Shown here: positions 51,816 through 60,671 of the stretch, one piece after another
Layout of the letters: each line of letters starts with the position of its first letter
Numbering within the stretch: position 1 is the stretch's first letter
DNA from: Bacilli bacterium
GTDB taxonomy: Bacteria; Bacillota_I; Bacilli_A; RFN20; CAG-826
DNA: 64,000 nucleotides
Assembly (NCBI GenBank): GCA_024408235.1
Contig: JAKSVF010000001.1
Span: 29,417 to 93,416, forward strand
Reading direction: 5' to 3'
Notes under the pieces: generated by a model
Seen by the model: the letters and a program-made list of their open reading frames with translations, nothing else
Told to the model about the DNA's origin: nothing
Database searches by the model: none
Made by a program: the position numbers and the translations under genes

Positions 51816-52337
51816 ATGAAAAATTTAGTAAATTTCACCGTTGGAAACGAAGGCGATAAGCTCGTTACCGACTACACTTTTGAGAGAACTGATACAAGAC
51901 TCGTTATTACTGAGGCGGAAGTCGCCCCTAAGAGAGGCGATTCAAAGACGACAACCATCACAAAGATCGTCGATTGGGACAAGACCTCAATTGAAGTCAG
52001 CGTTGGAAAGCTTAGAAAAGCGGCTAAGGTTGTCTTAGCAATTCTAGTTATTCTTGTCGGTGCCGCCATCATCGGCGCTTCATTCCTTAAAGACATGGTG
52101 TGTGTCGGAGTTCTCGCCGCTGTAGCAGAAGCATATCCATGGGTTTGTTATTTCGTAGGTGGCTTCGTTGTAATCGCTGGCATCTGCTGGCTGATCACCG
52201 GTATCTTAAGAAGAAAGAAAGCCGCTTTCACAGAGATACTCGTAAAGAGCAATGGCGAGGTTGTTGAATCGTTGAAATTCAATGACACCCCAGAAGGTGA
52301 GATCGCCTCAAACCTCATTGAATTCTTCAGAGGATAA
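51816..52337 (+). CDS. Hypothetical small membrane protein (2 TM segments)
   Basis: ORF with GAGGA RBS; two hydrophobic helices in the C-terminal half. Confidence 0.45.
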   Translation: MKNLVNFTVGNEGDKLVTDYTFERTDTRLVITEAEVAPKRGDSKTTTITKIVDWDKTSIEVSVGKLRKAAKVVLAILVILVGAAIIGASFLKDMVCVGVLAAVAEAYPWVCYFVGGFVVIAGICWLITGILRRKKAAFTEILVKSNGEVVESLKFNDTPEGEIASNLIEFFRG

Positions 52338-52344
52338 ACAATTA

Positions 52345-52368
52345 AGGGGTTCGCCCCTTTTTCTTTTG
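52345..52368 (+). terminator. Rho-independent terminator
   Basis: AAGGGG-TTCG-CCCCTT stem with a UUCG tetraloop, followed by TTTCTTTTG. Confidence 0.7.
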
Positions 52369-52413
52369 CATTTTATGTCAAATTAATGACCATTTATGAA
52401 AAATGTGTAAAAG

Positions 52414-52430
52414 AATGAAAATTTTTCATT
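52414..52430. promoter_or_regulatory. 17-bp palindrome AATGAAAATTTTTCATT overlapping a candidate -35 region (TTGCAC-17-TAAGAT); it is one of three ATGAAAAT direct repeats upstream of the LacI-family gene
   Basis: Exact symmetry around a central T. ATGAAAA(T) copies at about 52397, 52416 and 52437. Confidence 0.35.
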
Positions 52431-52482
52431 GCACTCATGAAAATAACAAGTAAGATTGAACTGCTGAAAGGGTTTACATTAT

Positions 52483-53484
52483 ATGGAGAATTTAAAAGAA
52501 CGTGTAACGATTTACCAGGTTGCTCAAGCTGCAGGAGTATCTTTAGCAACAGTATCTCGCGTTATTAACAAGCAGGGCAACGTAACTGAAGCTACGAGAA
52601 CGAAGGTTGAGGAGACAATCAAGCGTTTAGGATATAAGCCTTCAGGCTTAGCTCAGGCTCTTGCTACAAACAGAACAACAAACATCGGTATCGTCATTCC
52701 TAGCGCTAACTATGTTTATATCTCAAGCATGTTGAGCGGTGTCTCTGAGGTCGCTAAGGAAAAAGGGTTTGTTCTTACATTATTTACAACAGGTCATTCA
52801 AGAGAAGATGCAATTGCGATGATTGAAAAGGTCATCGTCTCACACGTAGACGGAGCAATTATCTTTGATGATGAACTTGATGAGGCAGATATCGAGAAGA
52901 TTAACTCCTATTCCGTCCCAACAATCGTTATCAATAAGAAAGTTGTTGGCGAAAGAACAGGATGCGTTAACTTCTCATATACGAACGCGCTCGCGAAGCT
53001 TGTTCAGTCATACTACGAAAACGGTGGCGACACTGAGATGACTTTCATCCATCTTCATAACTGTGGTAGATTGTTGAGCCACTGCGAAAGAAGATTCATT
53101 GCAGCTCACCAGGAAATCGGAAAGCCATATCACATCATGAATGTCGATGACTCTTACACAAGAACGTACCGTGATTTCACCAATTATTTCCAGAATCATA
53201 AAAAAGGCTATTACATCGCTTACCGCGACTCAATTGCAGCAGCCGTTGCAAATGCAGCAACCGATAGTGGACTAAGAATTCCAGAAGACATTCAGGTCGT
53301 TTCACTTGTCGGAACAAAATATGCGCATATCTTGAGACCTACATTAACATCAATCGATTTGGATTGGCAGGAAGTTGGCAAGAGATCGATGTACATGTTA
53401 ATTGATTTGATCAACAGAAACCTTGAAGAAAAGTCTTACAAGTTTGATGCAAATCTCGTCATCAGAAACTCAACAAAACACTAA
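52483..53484 (+). CDS. LacI/GalR-family transcriptional regulator (CcpA-like N-terminus)
   Basis: HTH VTIYQVAQAAGVSLATVSRVIN and a periplasmic-binding-protein-like effector domain, 333 aa. Confidence 0.85.
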   Translation: MENLKERVTIYQVAQAAGVSLATVSRVINKQGNVTEATRTKVEETIKRLGYKPSGLAQALATNRTTNIGIVIPSANYVYISSMLSGVSEVAKEKGFVLTLFTTGHSREDAIAMIEKVIVSHVDGAIIFDDELDEADIEKINSYSVPTIVINKKVVGERTGCVNFSYTNALAKLVQSYYENGGDTEMTFIHLHNCGRLLSHCERRFIAAHQEIGKPYHIMNVDDSYTRTYRDFTNYFQNHKKGYYIAYRDSIAAAVANAATDSGLRIPEDIQVVSLVGTKYAHILRPTLTSIDLDWQEVGKRSMYMLIDLINRNLEEKSYKFDANLVIRNSTKH

Positions 53485-53492
53485 CACGAATT

Positions 53493-53518
53493 GACGCGCC
53501 TAACCGACGCGTTTTTCT
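53493..53518 (+). terminator. Weak intrinsic terminator after the LacI gene
   Basis: ACGCG-(9-nt loop)-CGCGT stem followed by TTTTTCTTTT. Confidence 0.4.
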
Positions 53519-53612
53519 TTTATTTATAAACCTTTGATATTTATATCGCGTAAGTCTAGAATAATAATTAATTAAGCAACTTAACCAATAAATCTAATTA
53601 GGAGGATTTTTT

Positions 53613-55133
53613 ATGGCTGAGCAAACAAAAACAGCGAAGACATCCGGAATCGGGATGAAAGACAAGCTTGGATACGCTTTCGGAGATGTTGGCTCCTTGA
53701 TGGTATTCGGACTTGTTAACACCTTCCTTCAAGTCTTCTACACCGAAACACTCGGTATAACACCAATCTTGGTCATGATTATCATGATCATCGCTCGTGT
53801 ATGGGACGCGATCAACGACCCTCTATGGGGAAGAATCGTCGACAAGGCGCCATGCAAGAGACCTGGAACAAGATATAAGAGATGGCTTGTTTATTTAGCC
53901 CTCCCTCTTGCTTTATCTTCCATCATCATGTTCTTGAATGTGAGAGGCATCTTTGGAGATAACCCTGCACTCACAGTAACATACGCAACCATTTCTTACA
54001 TTCTCTTCGGCATGCTATATACCGGAACAAATATTCCTTATGGCTCAATGGCTTCAGTCATTACAACAGATGATAAGGAAAGAAACGCATTATCAGTCTT
54101 CCGTTCGGTCGGTTCAACTCTCGGCGGATTTGGCCCTATGGCTTTAAGCTTTGTCTCATATGATAAGGTCCAGAAAGTCGTCGAAGGAGTGGCACAGTTC
54201 GATACTGATGGAAATCCAGTCATGGTATCTCAGTTAAATCCAACAAAACTCATCATTGGCGTTGCAATCTTAGCAGTGCTCTGCGTCGTATTCTCAATTC
54301 TCTGCGCAAAGTTCTCAACGGAGCGTGTTGTTACAGAACCATCTAGAGGAGAAACCAAGAAGAAAGGTGAAACCGCTAGAGTTCTCAAGAATCTTCTCAA
54401 GACCCGCTCATTTGTTGTCATCTCAATTGTCGGCATGCTTTTCTTAGCCGCTCAGATGTTCCAGACAACATACAACTCATACGTATTCATGAAATTCTTC
54501 GGCAGTGGTGGTCTTGCTGCTGTTACTCAGGTATGCCAGTACCTTCCAGTAGCAGTCGTCATGTTCCTTGCCGGGAAACTCGTCAAGAAATTTGGCCGTA
54601 AAGAAATCTGCGCTATCGGACTCTTATTTGTCGCTATCTCATTTGGTGTCTTAGCGATCATCCCAACTACAGTCGTTTCAAGAACAATCTTGATGTATCT
54701 CTTCTTCGTGTTCTCACTCTTAGGAGGTATTGGTAACTCCTTTATCTTCTTAATGATATGGGCTCTTGCTAATGACGCGATTGATGATTATTTCATCAAG
54801 TACAGAAGCCATGATGAAGGTACAGCATATTCAATCTTCTCTTTCATGAGAAAACTTGGCCAGACAATCGCAGCTATCATTGTCAACATCTCTCTTATCG
54901 CAATCGGATACGGAGCTGATGGAACAACCAACTTTGCTCCATCTGAAGCTCAGGCTACATCGATGTACTATCAGTCAATCATCATCCCTGCGGTTTTATC
55001 CCTTGCAATGTTCCTCTTACTCATGTTCCTATACCCTCTTGGAAAACAGGCTGTCTTAGACATGCAGGAGAAGAAGAACGCTATTTATGCGGAAGAAGCT
55101 TCAAATGTCGAAAATGAAGCCGTTAGCGAATAA
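53613..55133 (+). CDS. GPH-family (glycoside-pentoside-hexuronide:cation) symporter, MelB/YihO-like
   Basis: 12-TM MFS fold and an N-terminal GPH signature (LGYAFGDVGS...RVWDAINDPLWGRIVDK). GGAGG RBS. Confidence 0.8.
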   Translation: MAEQTKTAKTSGIGMKDKLGYAFGDVGSLMVFGLVNTFLQVFYTETLGITPILVMIIMIIARVWDAINDPLWGRIVDKAPCKRPGTRYKRWLVYLALPLALSSIIMFLNVRGIFGDNPALTVTYATISYILFGMLYTGTNIPYGSMASVITTDDKERNALSVFRSVGSTLGGFGPMALSFVSYDKVQKVVEGVAQFDTDGNPVMVSQLNPTKLIIGVAILAVLCVVFSILCAKFSTERVVTEPSRGETKKKGETARVLKNLLKTRSFVVISIVGMLFLAAQMFQTTYNSYVFMKFFGSGGLAAVTQVCQYLPVAVVMFLAGKLVKKFGRKEICAIGLLFVAISFGVLAIIPTTVVSRTILMYLFFVFSLLGGIGNSFIFLMIWALANDAIDDYFIKYRSHDEGTAYSIFSFMRKLGQTIAAIIVNISLIAIGYGADGTTNFAPSEAQATSMYYQSIIIPAVLSLAMFLLLMFLYPLGKQAVLDMQEKKNAIYAEEASNVENEAVSE

Positions 55134-55135
55134 AA

Positions 55136-57097
55136 ATGAATAAGCAGCAGCTTGACTCACTTTTCATTTCCTCAATCGAAGATGGGGGAATGCGCATTTC
55201 TCTAGCCCAGGGTAAAGCTAAATACAAAATGAGTCGTGGTTCATTCACGACAAAAGACCATATATTTGATAAGCACAACCTCAAGTTCGTTAATAAAGAG
55301 GGGGACAACTTCCTCTTTAGCGACGGCAAGGTTAACTGTGTCATGTCCTTAGAAAAAGGAGAGAACATTAAACTCCGTTTTAAGGCTGACCCAAAATACA
55401 ATCGCTTCATTTTGAAGATCCCTGCATTTGAGAATGAACACATATATGGATGCGGTGAGCAGTATACACACCTTGATCTCAAGGGGAATAAAGTTAAAAT
55501 CTGGGTTTCAGAACACCAACAAGTAATGAAGATCGCCAAGAAGTTCTTAAGAGAGAAACTCTTTGGTGTAAATCCTGATTACAAAGCCCCATACAAGGCT
55601 CACCAAACCTATTATTCTTCACCAGGCTTTATGTCCAGTGAAAACTATTTTGTCTACTGCCATGAAGACGCTTATGGACAAATCGATTTTGAAAAGAACG
55701 AGACTCTAATTAAATTCCGTCAAGTTCCTCAATCGATATCCATACTTACAGGGGATAATCCAATCGATCTTGTTAAGAAAATTACAAAGCTCGTTAATAT
55801 CCAGCCTAAGCTTCCTGACTTTGTGGGTGAAGGCGCAATAATTGCCACCCAAGGCGGAAGCGATGTTATGCTTGAGAAATACGAGGCCTTAAAAGCTAAA
55901 GGCGGAAAAGTATCTGCAATCTGGTGTCAGGACTGGTCTGGACAGATAGTTACAGAATTTGGCTCTCAGGTCTATTGGAACTGGGAAGTTGATAACAATC
56001 TCTATCATGATTTGAAGGAGATCATTGTCCGCTTAAATAATGAGGGAGTTAAATTCCTTGGGTACATCAATACATTCCTAAAAGAAGACACCCCTTTATA
56101 TAAATATGCGGTAGAGCACGATTATATCGTCAAGAAAAAAGACGGTACACCTTACCTCATTCAGTCTACAACATTTAACGCTGGAATAGTTGATCTCACT
56201 TTCCCTGAAGCATATGAATGGTATAAGGGAATCATCAAAACAAACATGATAGGACTTGGCTTATCTGGATGGATGGCTGACTTTGGTGAGTATCTTCCAA
56301 CAGACTCAGTTGTCCATGGGGGCGATCCTGAAAAGCTTCATAACAAATGGCCAACGCTTTGGGCTAAATGCAACTATGACGCCATTAAAGAGTGCGACAT
56401 GGAGGGCAAGATATTTATCTTCTCTCGCGCTGCATATGGTCATACAGTTCAGTATACGAACTCAATGTGGAATGGTGATCAGCACGTTGATTACTCCGAT
56501 GAATATGGGCTTGGTTCAGTCATCCCTGCGACATTATCAATGGCATGCAGCGGAGTTGGCGTGAACCACAGTGATATCGGCGGATACACGACGGTACTTC
56601 ACATGAAGAGAGACGCAGAATTATTTAGAAGATGGTCTGAGATGAATATCTTTACGCCAGTCTTCCGTTGTCACGAAGGAAATAGGCCAAAGGTCAACGT
56701 TCAGTTCGACAGCGAAGAAGTGGTTGATGAATTTATAAAGAACAGCGATATATTTGCCGCCTTAAAACCATATAGAGATGACGTTCTTAAGGAATATTAT
56801 GAGGATGGCATCCCTTGCAATAGACCTCTCTTCTTCCATTTTGATGAAGATGAGTGTTATACGAATCAAAGAGAATTCATGTTTGGAAGCGAACTGGTCG
56901 TCGCTCCTGTCATGCGTAAAAACGTCACCAAGTTGAAAGTCTATTTGCCTAAAGGCGAGTGGATTGGTCTATTTGATGGCAAGACCTACGAAAGTGGTCA
57001 CATTGAAGTCGAGGCTCCTTTAGGAACGATTCCTGCCTTCTATTTAAAGGGAAGTGTTCACGAGAATCTCTTTAGAGATCTTATAAAGGAAAAATAA
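55136..57097 (+). CDS. GH31 glycoside hydrolase of the YihQ (sulfoquinovosidase) subfamily; substrate uncertain
   Basis: Recalled YihQ-like segments: IYGCGEQY, AIWCQDWSG, GWMADFGEYLPTD (nucleophile Asp), WPTLWAKCNYDA, WNGDQ (acid/base), HSDIGGYTT, RCHEGNRP. The position recalled as the sulfonate-binding Arg reads Gln (FGSQVYWNW, Q at 55967-55969). Confidence 0.6.
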   Translation: MNKQQLDSLFISSIEDGGMRISLAQGKAKYKMSRGSFTTKDHIFDKHNLKFVNKEGDNFLFSDGKVNCVMSLEKGENIKLRFKADPKYNRFILKIPAFENEHIYGCGEQYTHLDLKGNKVKIWVSEHQQVMKIAKKFLREKLFGVNPDYKAPYKAHQTYYSSPGFMSSENYFVYCHEDAYGQIDFEKNETLIKFRQVPQSISILTGDNPIDLVKKITKLVNIQPKLPDFVGEGAIIATQGGSDVMLEKYEALKAKGGKVSAIWCQDWSGQIVTEFGSQVYWNWEVDNNLYHDLKEIIVRLNNEGVKFLGYINTFLKEDTPLYKYAVEHDYIVKKKDGTPYLIQSTTFNAGIVDLTFPEAYEWYKGIIKTNMIGLGLSGWMADFGEYLPTDSVVHGGDPEKLHNKWPTLWAKCNYDAIKECDMEGKIFIFSRAAYGHTVQYTNSMWNGDQHVDYSDEYGLGSVIPATLSMACSGVGVNHSDIGGYTTVLHMKRDAELFRRWSEMNIFTPVFRCHEGNRPKVNVQFDSEEVVDEFIKNSDIFAALKPYRDDVLKEYYEDGIPCNRPLFFHFDEDECYTNQREFMFGSELVVAPVMRKNVTKLKVYLPKGEWIGLFDGKTYESGHIEVEAPLGTIPAFYLKGSVHENLFRDLIKEK

Positions 57098-57098
57098 A

Positions 57099-57779
57099 AT
57101 GAAATACTATTTAGATTCAGCAAAGATCGATGAGATCGATTATGCATACAAATATTTGAAGATTGATGGAGTTACCACCAACCCTAAACACATCCAGAAC
57201 AGCGGAAAGCCATTTTTAACCGCGATTAAAGACATTGCGAATTGGCTTGAAGAGAACCATCTCCAAGGCAAGGATGTCTTCCCTGTCTCGGTCGAGATTA
57301 ATCCTCATTTGGACAACCATCTTGAGATGATTGAAGAAGCAAAAAAGATAGCGGCTATATCGGAGAACTTTGTCATAAAGATTCCATGCAACGTTGAAGG
57401 TTGTAAAGCTGCAAAGCTTTTGGAAGACCAAGGCATCAGAACAAACGTAACATTGGTCTTCTCTCCATCTCAAGCTATTCAGGCTGGAAGAATCGGTGCT
57501 ATGTTCGTTTCTCCATTCATCGGATGGAAAGAGTCTTCTGGTGACGATGGACTTAACTACTTACATCAGATTTCAAACATCTATAAGGAGAAGAACTATA
57601 AGACAGAAATCATCTGTGCTGCAGTTCGTTCCGGCAAGCAGATTGCTGAATGTACGGAGATGGGCGCTGATATCATCACAGCAGGACTCTCTGTTTATGA
57701 AGATTCGATCACAGATCCATGGACCGATTTAGGCCTTAAGAGATTCTGTGACGCTTGGGATAACACCGAAGGTAACTAA
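57099..57779 (+). CDS. FSA/TalC-type class I aldolase or transaldolase (about 220 aa); candidate 6-deoxy-6-sulfofructose transaldolase
   Basis: GVTTNP motif and a Schiff-base Lys in VIKIP, 226 aa. AAGGA RBS. Confidence 0.6.
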   Translation: MKYYLDSAKIDEIDYAYKYLKIDGVTTNPKHIQNSGKPFLTAIKDIANWLEENHLQGKDVFPVSVEINPHLDNHLEMIEEAKKIAAISENFVIKIPCNVEGCKAAKLLEDQGIRTNVTLVFSPSQAIQAGRIGAMFVSPFIGWKESSGDDGLNYLHQISNIYKEKNYKTEIICAAVRSGKQIAECTEMGADIITAGLSVYEDSITDPWTDLGLKRFCDAWDNTEGN

Positions 57780-57780
57780 G

Positions 57781-58617
57781 ATGAAAGTTGGTTTTATTGG
57801 ACTTGGCATAATGGGAATGCCAATGGCCACTAATGTTTCTAGAAAATACGATTTAATTGGATATGATGTCATAGCAAAGGAAGCGCCTTTTGCTATTGCT
57901 AGTTCCATAAAGGAAGTTGTAGAGAATTGCGATGTAATCATCTCAATGGTCCCAAAAAATGAACATGTGCAGTCCGTGTATAGCGAGGCGATGCCATTTA
58001 TCAGAAAAGGACAGACTTTCATAGAAATGTCTACGATTTCGCCATCAGTATCTTCCAAGATTGCTCAAGAAGTTGAGAGCAAAGGAGCGGATATGCTCGA
58101 TTGCCCAGTCGTAAAGAGTCAACCAGCCGCAATTAGCGGTACACTTGGCATTTATGTTGGTGGAAAGAAGGATGTCTTTGAATCTGTAAAAGATGTGTTG
58201 TCCTGTATGGGATGCAACATCATATACATGGGCGGACACGGTGCCGGATTAACAATGAAGATTCTTCATAATGCGTTGGTCGGCCAGATTCAAAATGGTG
58301 TCAACGAGGTGATGTCTATCGCTTCAAAATTAGGAATCGATTTGAATGATTTTGTAAAAGCCATTTCCTATGGCGGGGGACAAAACTTCTACATGGATGG
58401 CAAGGCTAAGAACATCATCTCTCAGGACTACCCAACAGCGTTCTCTATCGCGAACATGCATAAGGATGCTCATTTAGCAAAAGACTTACTAAAAGAAAAC
58501 GATCTCTCATATCCGGGAATCGAAAACACCGCTCGAATCTATGACGAAGCGATGGAAATGGGTTTAGGACGTGAAGATTTCTCGGCAACGTACAAGGTTG
58601 TCAACGGAGGTAAATAA
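57781..58617 (+). CDS. 3-hydroxyisobutyrate dehydrogenase-family NAD(P)-dependent reductase (YihU-like; candidate sulfolactaldehyde reductase)
   Basis: N-terminal Rossmann VGFIGLGIMGMPMATN plus a 6PGDH-like C-terminal helical domain. The ATG at 57781 follows the TAA of the upstream gene. Confidence 0.7.
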   Translation: MKVGFIGLGIMGMPMATNVSRKYDLIGYDVIAKEAPFAIASSIKEVVENCDVIISMVPKNEHVQSVYSEAMPFIRKGQTFIEMSTISPSVSSKIAQEVESKGADMLDCPVVKSQPAAISGTLGIYVGGKKDVFESVKDVLSCMGCNIIYMGGHGAGLTMKILHNALVGQIQNGVNEVMSIASKLGIDLNDFVKAISYGGGQNFYMDGKAKNIISQDYPTAFSIANMHKDAHLAKDLLKENDLSYPGIENTARIYDEAMEMGLGREDFSATYKVVNGGK

Positions 58618-58619
58618 AT

Positions 58620-59936
58620 ATGAGAAAAGCTAGAATCGGAGTTTGCTGTTTAACAAGAAAAACATATGACTATCAAACGGCATACGCACTATATCAGGAA
58701 AGAACCGCTGAATTAGTAAAGGACACATCTGTTGACTATTGTGTTTATGGCGAAAACGTTATTGAACCGGAAGATGCTGAAAAGGTTATCCACTATTTTG
58801 AACAGCAGGAAATAGACGCTGTCGTCATCGTCTCGGCCACATTCCATCTTGGACATCTCGCTCTCATGATCAACGACGCCTTGAAGAAACCTATCCTCCT
58901 TTGGGGCTTTGATGAACTCCCATATAACGGTGGAAAGATCAGATTGAATGCAGTGTGCGGCGTTAACTTAAATGCTTCTAACCTTTATAAGGCAGGGGTT
59001 GATAATTACTGTGTCACAATCGGCGATACAATCGATGAGAACTGGGTAAAAGCAATCAAAGCTATGGTCGCTATCCACACAACAAAAATTGGAATTGTCG
59101 GTTATCGCGCACAGGGATTCTTCAATGTCGGAGTTGACGAACTTAACCTCTATAAGAACACAGGTTTGCTCGTCAATCATTATGAGATTAGTGACTTATT
59201 CAAAAAACAGGCTGACGATGAAACCGTTGCTCGTGAAATTGAATGCGTAAAGAGAGAGTGGAATGTAGAAGGCATTAATGATAAGCAAGTTGAATTAGTG
59301 GCTAGACTTGTCGCTTCAACTGAGCTTTTCTTAAAAGAAAAAGGAGTCGATGCTCTTGCAATTCGCTGCTGGCCTGAATTCGCTGCAACCTACGGAATCT
59401 CTCCTTGCGCAATGATGTCTATTCTTCAATCCAGAGGAATTCTTTTGGCATGCGAAGGAGATGTTGAAGCCCTTGTTTCGATGATTGCCGTTAAGGCTTT
59501 AGGCGAACCAACACCATTTATGGCGGATTTATCTCAAGTTAACTTTAAAGATAATTACGCTCTTCTCTGGCATTGTGGCGTTGCGCCATGCAATCTTTGG
59601 GACAAGAAGTGCGTAAGATCTCTTGATACATACTTTGCAGGCGGAAAAGGGGTTACCGCAGGATTCGTCCTCAAAGATGGCGACTTCTCAATTTTCCGTA
59701 TCGACACAGCTAGAGGCAAAACAAGAATATTCTATGAAGAAGGCACAGCTGTTCCGATGGAAAAACTCCTCACAGGTACTTTCGCAAAAGTCCATTTCAA
59801 ACACGATGTCAAAGATGTTCTTGATGTTGTAGTTAATACGGGCGTTGCTCATCACGTCGTTATGGGCTATGTCCAATACGAACCGGTCATTAAGATTCTT
59901 GCTAAGTTGACTGGTTGGGAAATCATCAAGTGCTAA
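58620..59936 (+). CDS. L-fucose/L-arabinose isomerase-fold aldose-ketose isomerase (candidate sulfoquinovose isomerase)
   Basis: 438 aa, FucI/AraA-like central and C-terminal regions. GGAGG RBS. Confidence 0.45.
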   Translation: MRKARIGVCCLTRKTYDYQTAYALYQERTAELVKDTSVDYCVYGENVIEPEDAEKVIHYFEQQEIDAVVIVSATFHLGHLALMINDALKKPILLWGFDELPYNGGKIRLNAVCGVNLNASNLYKAGVDNYCVTIGDTIDENWVKAIKAMVAIHTTKIGIVGYRAQGFFNVGVDELNLYKNTGLLVNHYEISDLFKKQADDETVAREIECVKREWNVEGINDKQVELVARLVASTELFLKEKGVDALAIRCWPEFAATYGISPCAMMSILQSRGILLACEGDVEALVSMIAVKALGEPTPFMADLSQVNFKDNYALLWHCGVAPCNLWDKKCVRSLDTYFAGGKGVTAGFVLKDGDFSIFRIDTARGKTRIFYEEGTAVPMEKLLTGTFAKVHFKHDVKDVLDVVVNTGVAHHVVMGYVQYEPVIKILAKLTGWEIIKC

Positions 59937-59954
59937 TTTCATAGGAGAGAGAAC

Positions 59955-60671
59955 GTGCCGGTGTGGTTGAGTAAGGCCCTATTTGTTGTAGTCGTCTTTT
60001 TAACAAACATTATCCAAGCGATAACTGGCTTTGCTGGCACTGTTCTTGCCATGCCTTTTTCCATTCAACTTGTTGGTAAGCCATATGCAAAACCGGTGTT
60101 GAATGCCATAGCATTGCTGGTCTGCATTATTGTTGTAGTACGCAACTTTAAGAAGATTGACTGGAAATGCTTATTAGAGATTATCGTTTTCATGGGTATC
60201 GGTATGGTTGCCGGTTTCTTCCTTGAAAAGTATCTCTACTCGAAATGGTTCCTAAAAATATATGGAATCATTATCGTGTTCATCGCTATTTATTACTTCT
60301 TTGTGGATAATCCAATTAAACTTCCTAAACCCATTGGATGGGTGATCATGTTCCTTGCGGGAATTATCCACATGATATTTGTCTCAGGCGGCCCGCTTCT
60401 AATCATTGCTGCCAAGAATAAAATCAAGGATAAAGAAACCTTCAGAGCGACTTTGTCAATGGTATGGGTGATACTCAACTCATCAATACTCGTCACTGAT
60501 GCGGTAGGCGGGAACTTCTCATTGGATCAACTTTGGATTCTCCTCATTATGATTCCAACAGTCGTTATTTCGATTCTTATCGGGAAGTTTGCCCTTAAGA
60601 AAATGTCTAACAACCTTTTCATGAAATTAACTTGTGTTCTCTTATTTATTTCTGGATTCCTAGTCATATGA
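59955..60671 (+). CDS. TSUP / TauE-SafE family membrane transporter (candidate sulfonate product exporter); GTG start
   Basis: About 238 aa with 7-8 TM segments. The two half-repeats each have a Gly-rich motif: ITGFAGTVLAMPF and FVSGGPLLIIA. GTG at 59955. Confidence 0.6.
   Translation: MPVWLSKALFVVVVFLTNIIQAITGFAGTVLAMPFSIQLVGKPYAKPVLNAIALLVCIIVVVRNFKKIDWKCLLEIIVFMGIGMVAGFFLEKYLYSKWFLKIYGIIIVFIAIYYFFVDNPIKLPKPIGWVIMFLAGIIHMIFVSGGPLLIIAAKNKIKDKETFRATLSMVWVILNSSILVTDAVGGNFSLDQLWILLIMIPTVVISILIGKFALKKMSNNLFMKLTCVLLFISGFLVI

Noticed and set aside
52483-53484. Calling the LacI-family protein CcpA and the 52414 palindrome a cre site
   Set aside because: The N-terminal HTH is CcpA-like, but the palindrome lacks the cre core (TGNAANCGNWNNCA with a central CG). 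Its position before a sugar-catabolic cluster fits a local regulator equally well. It is left as a LacI-family regulator.
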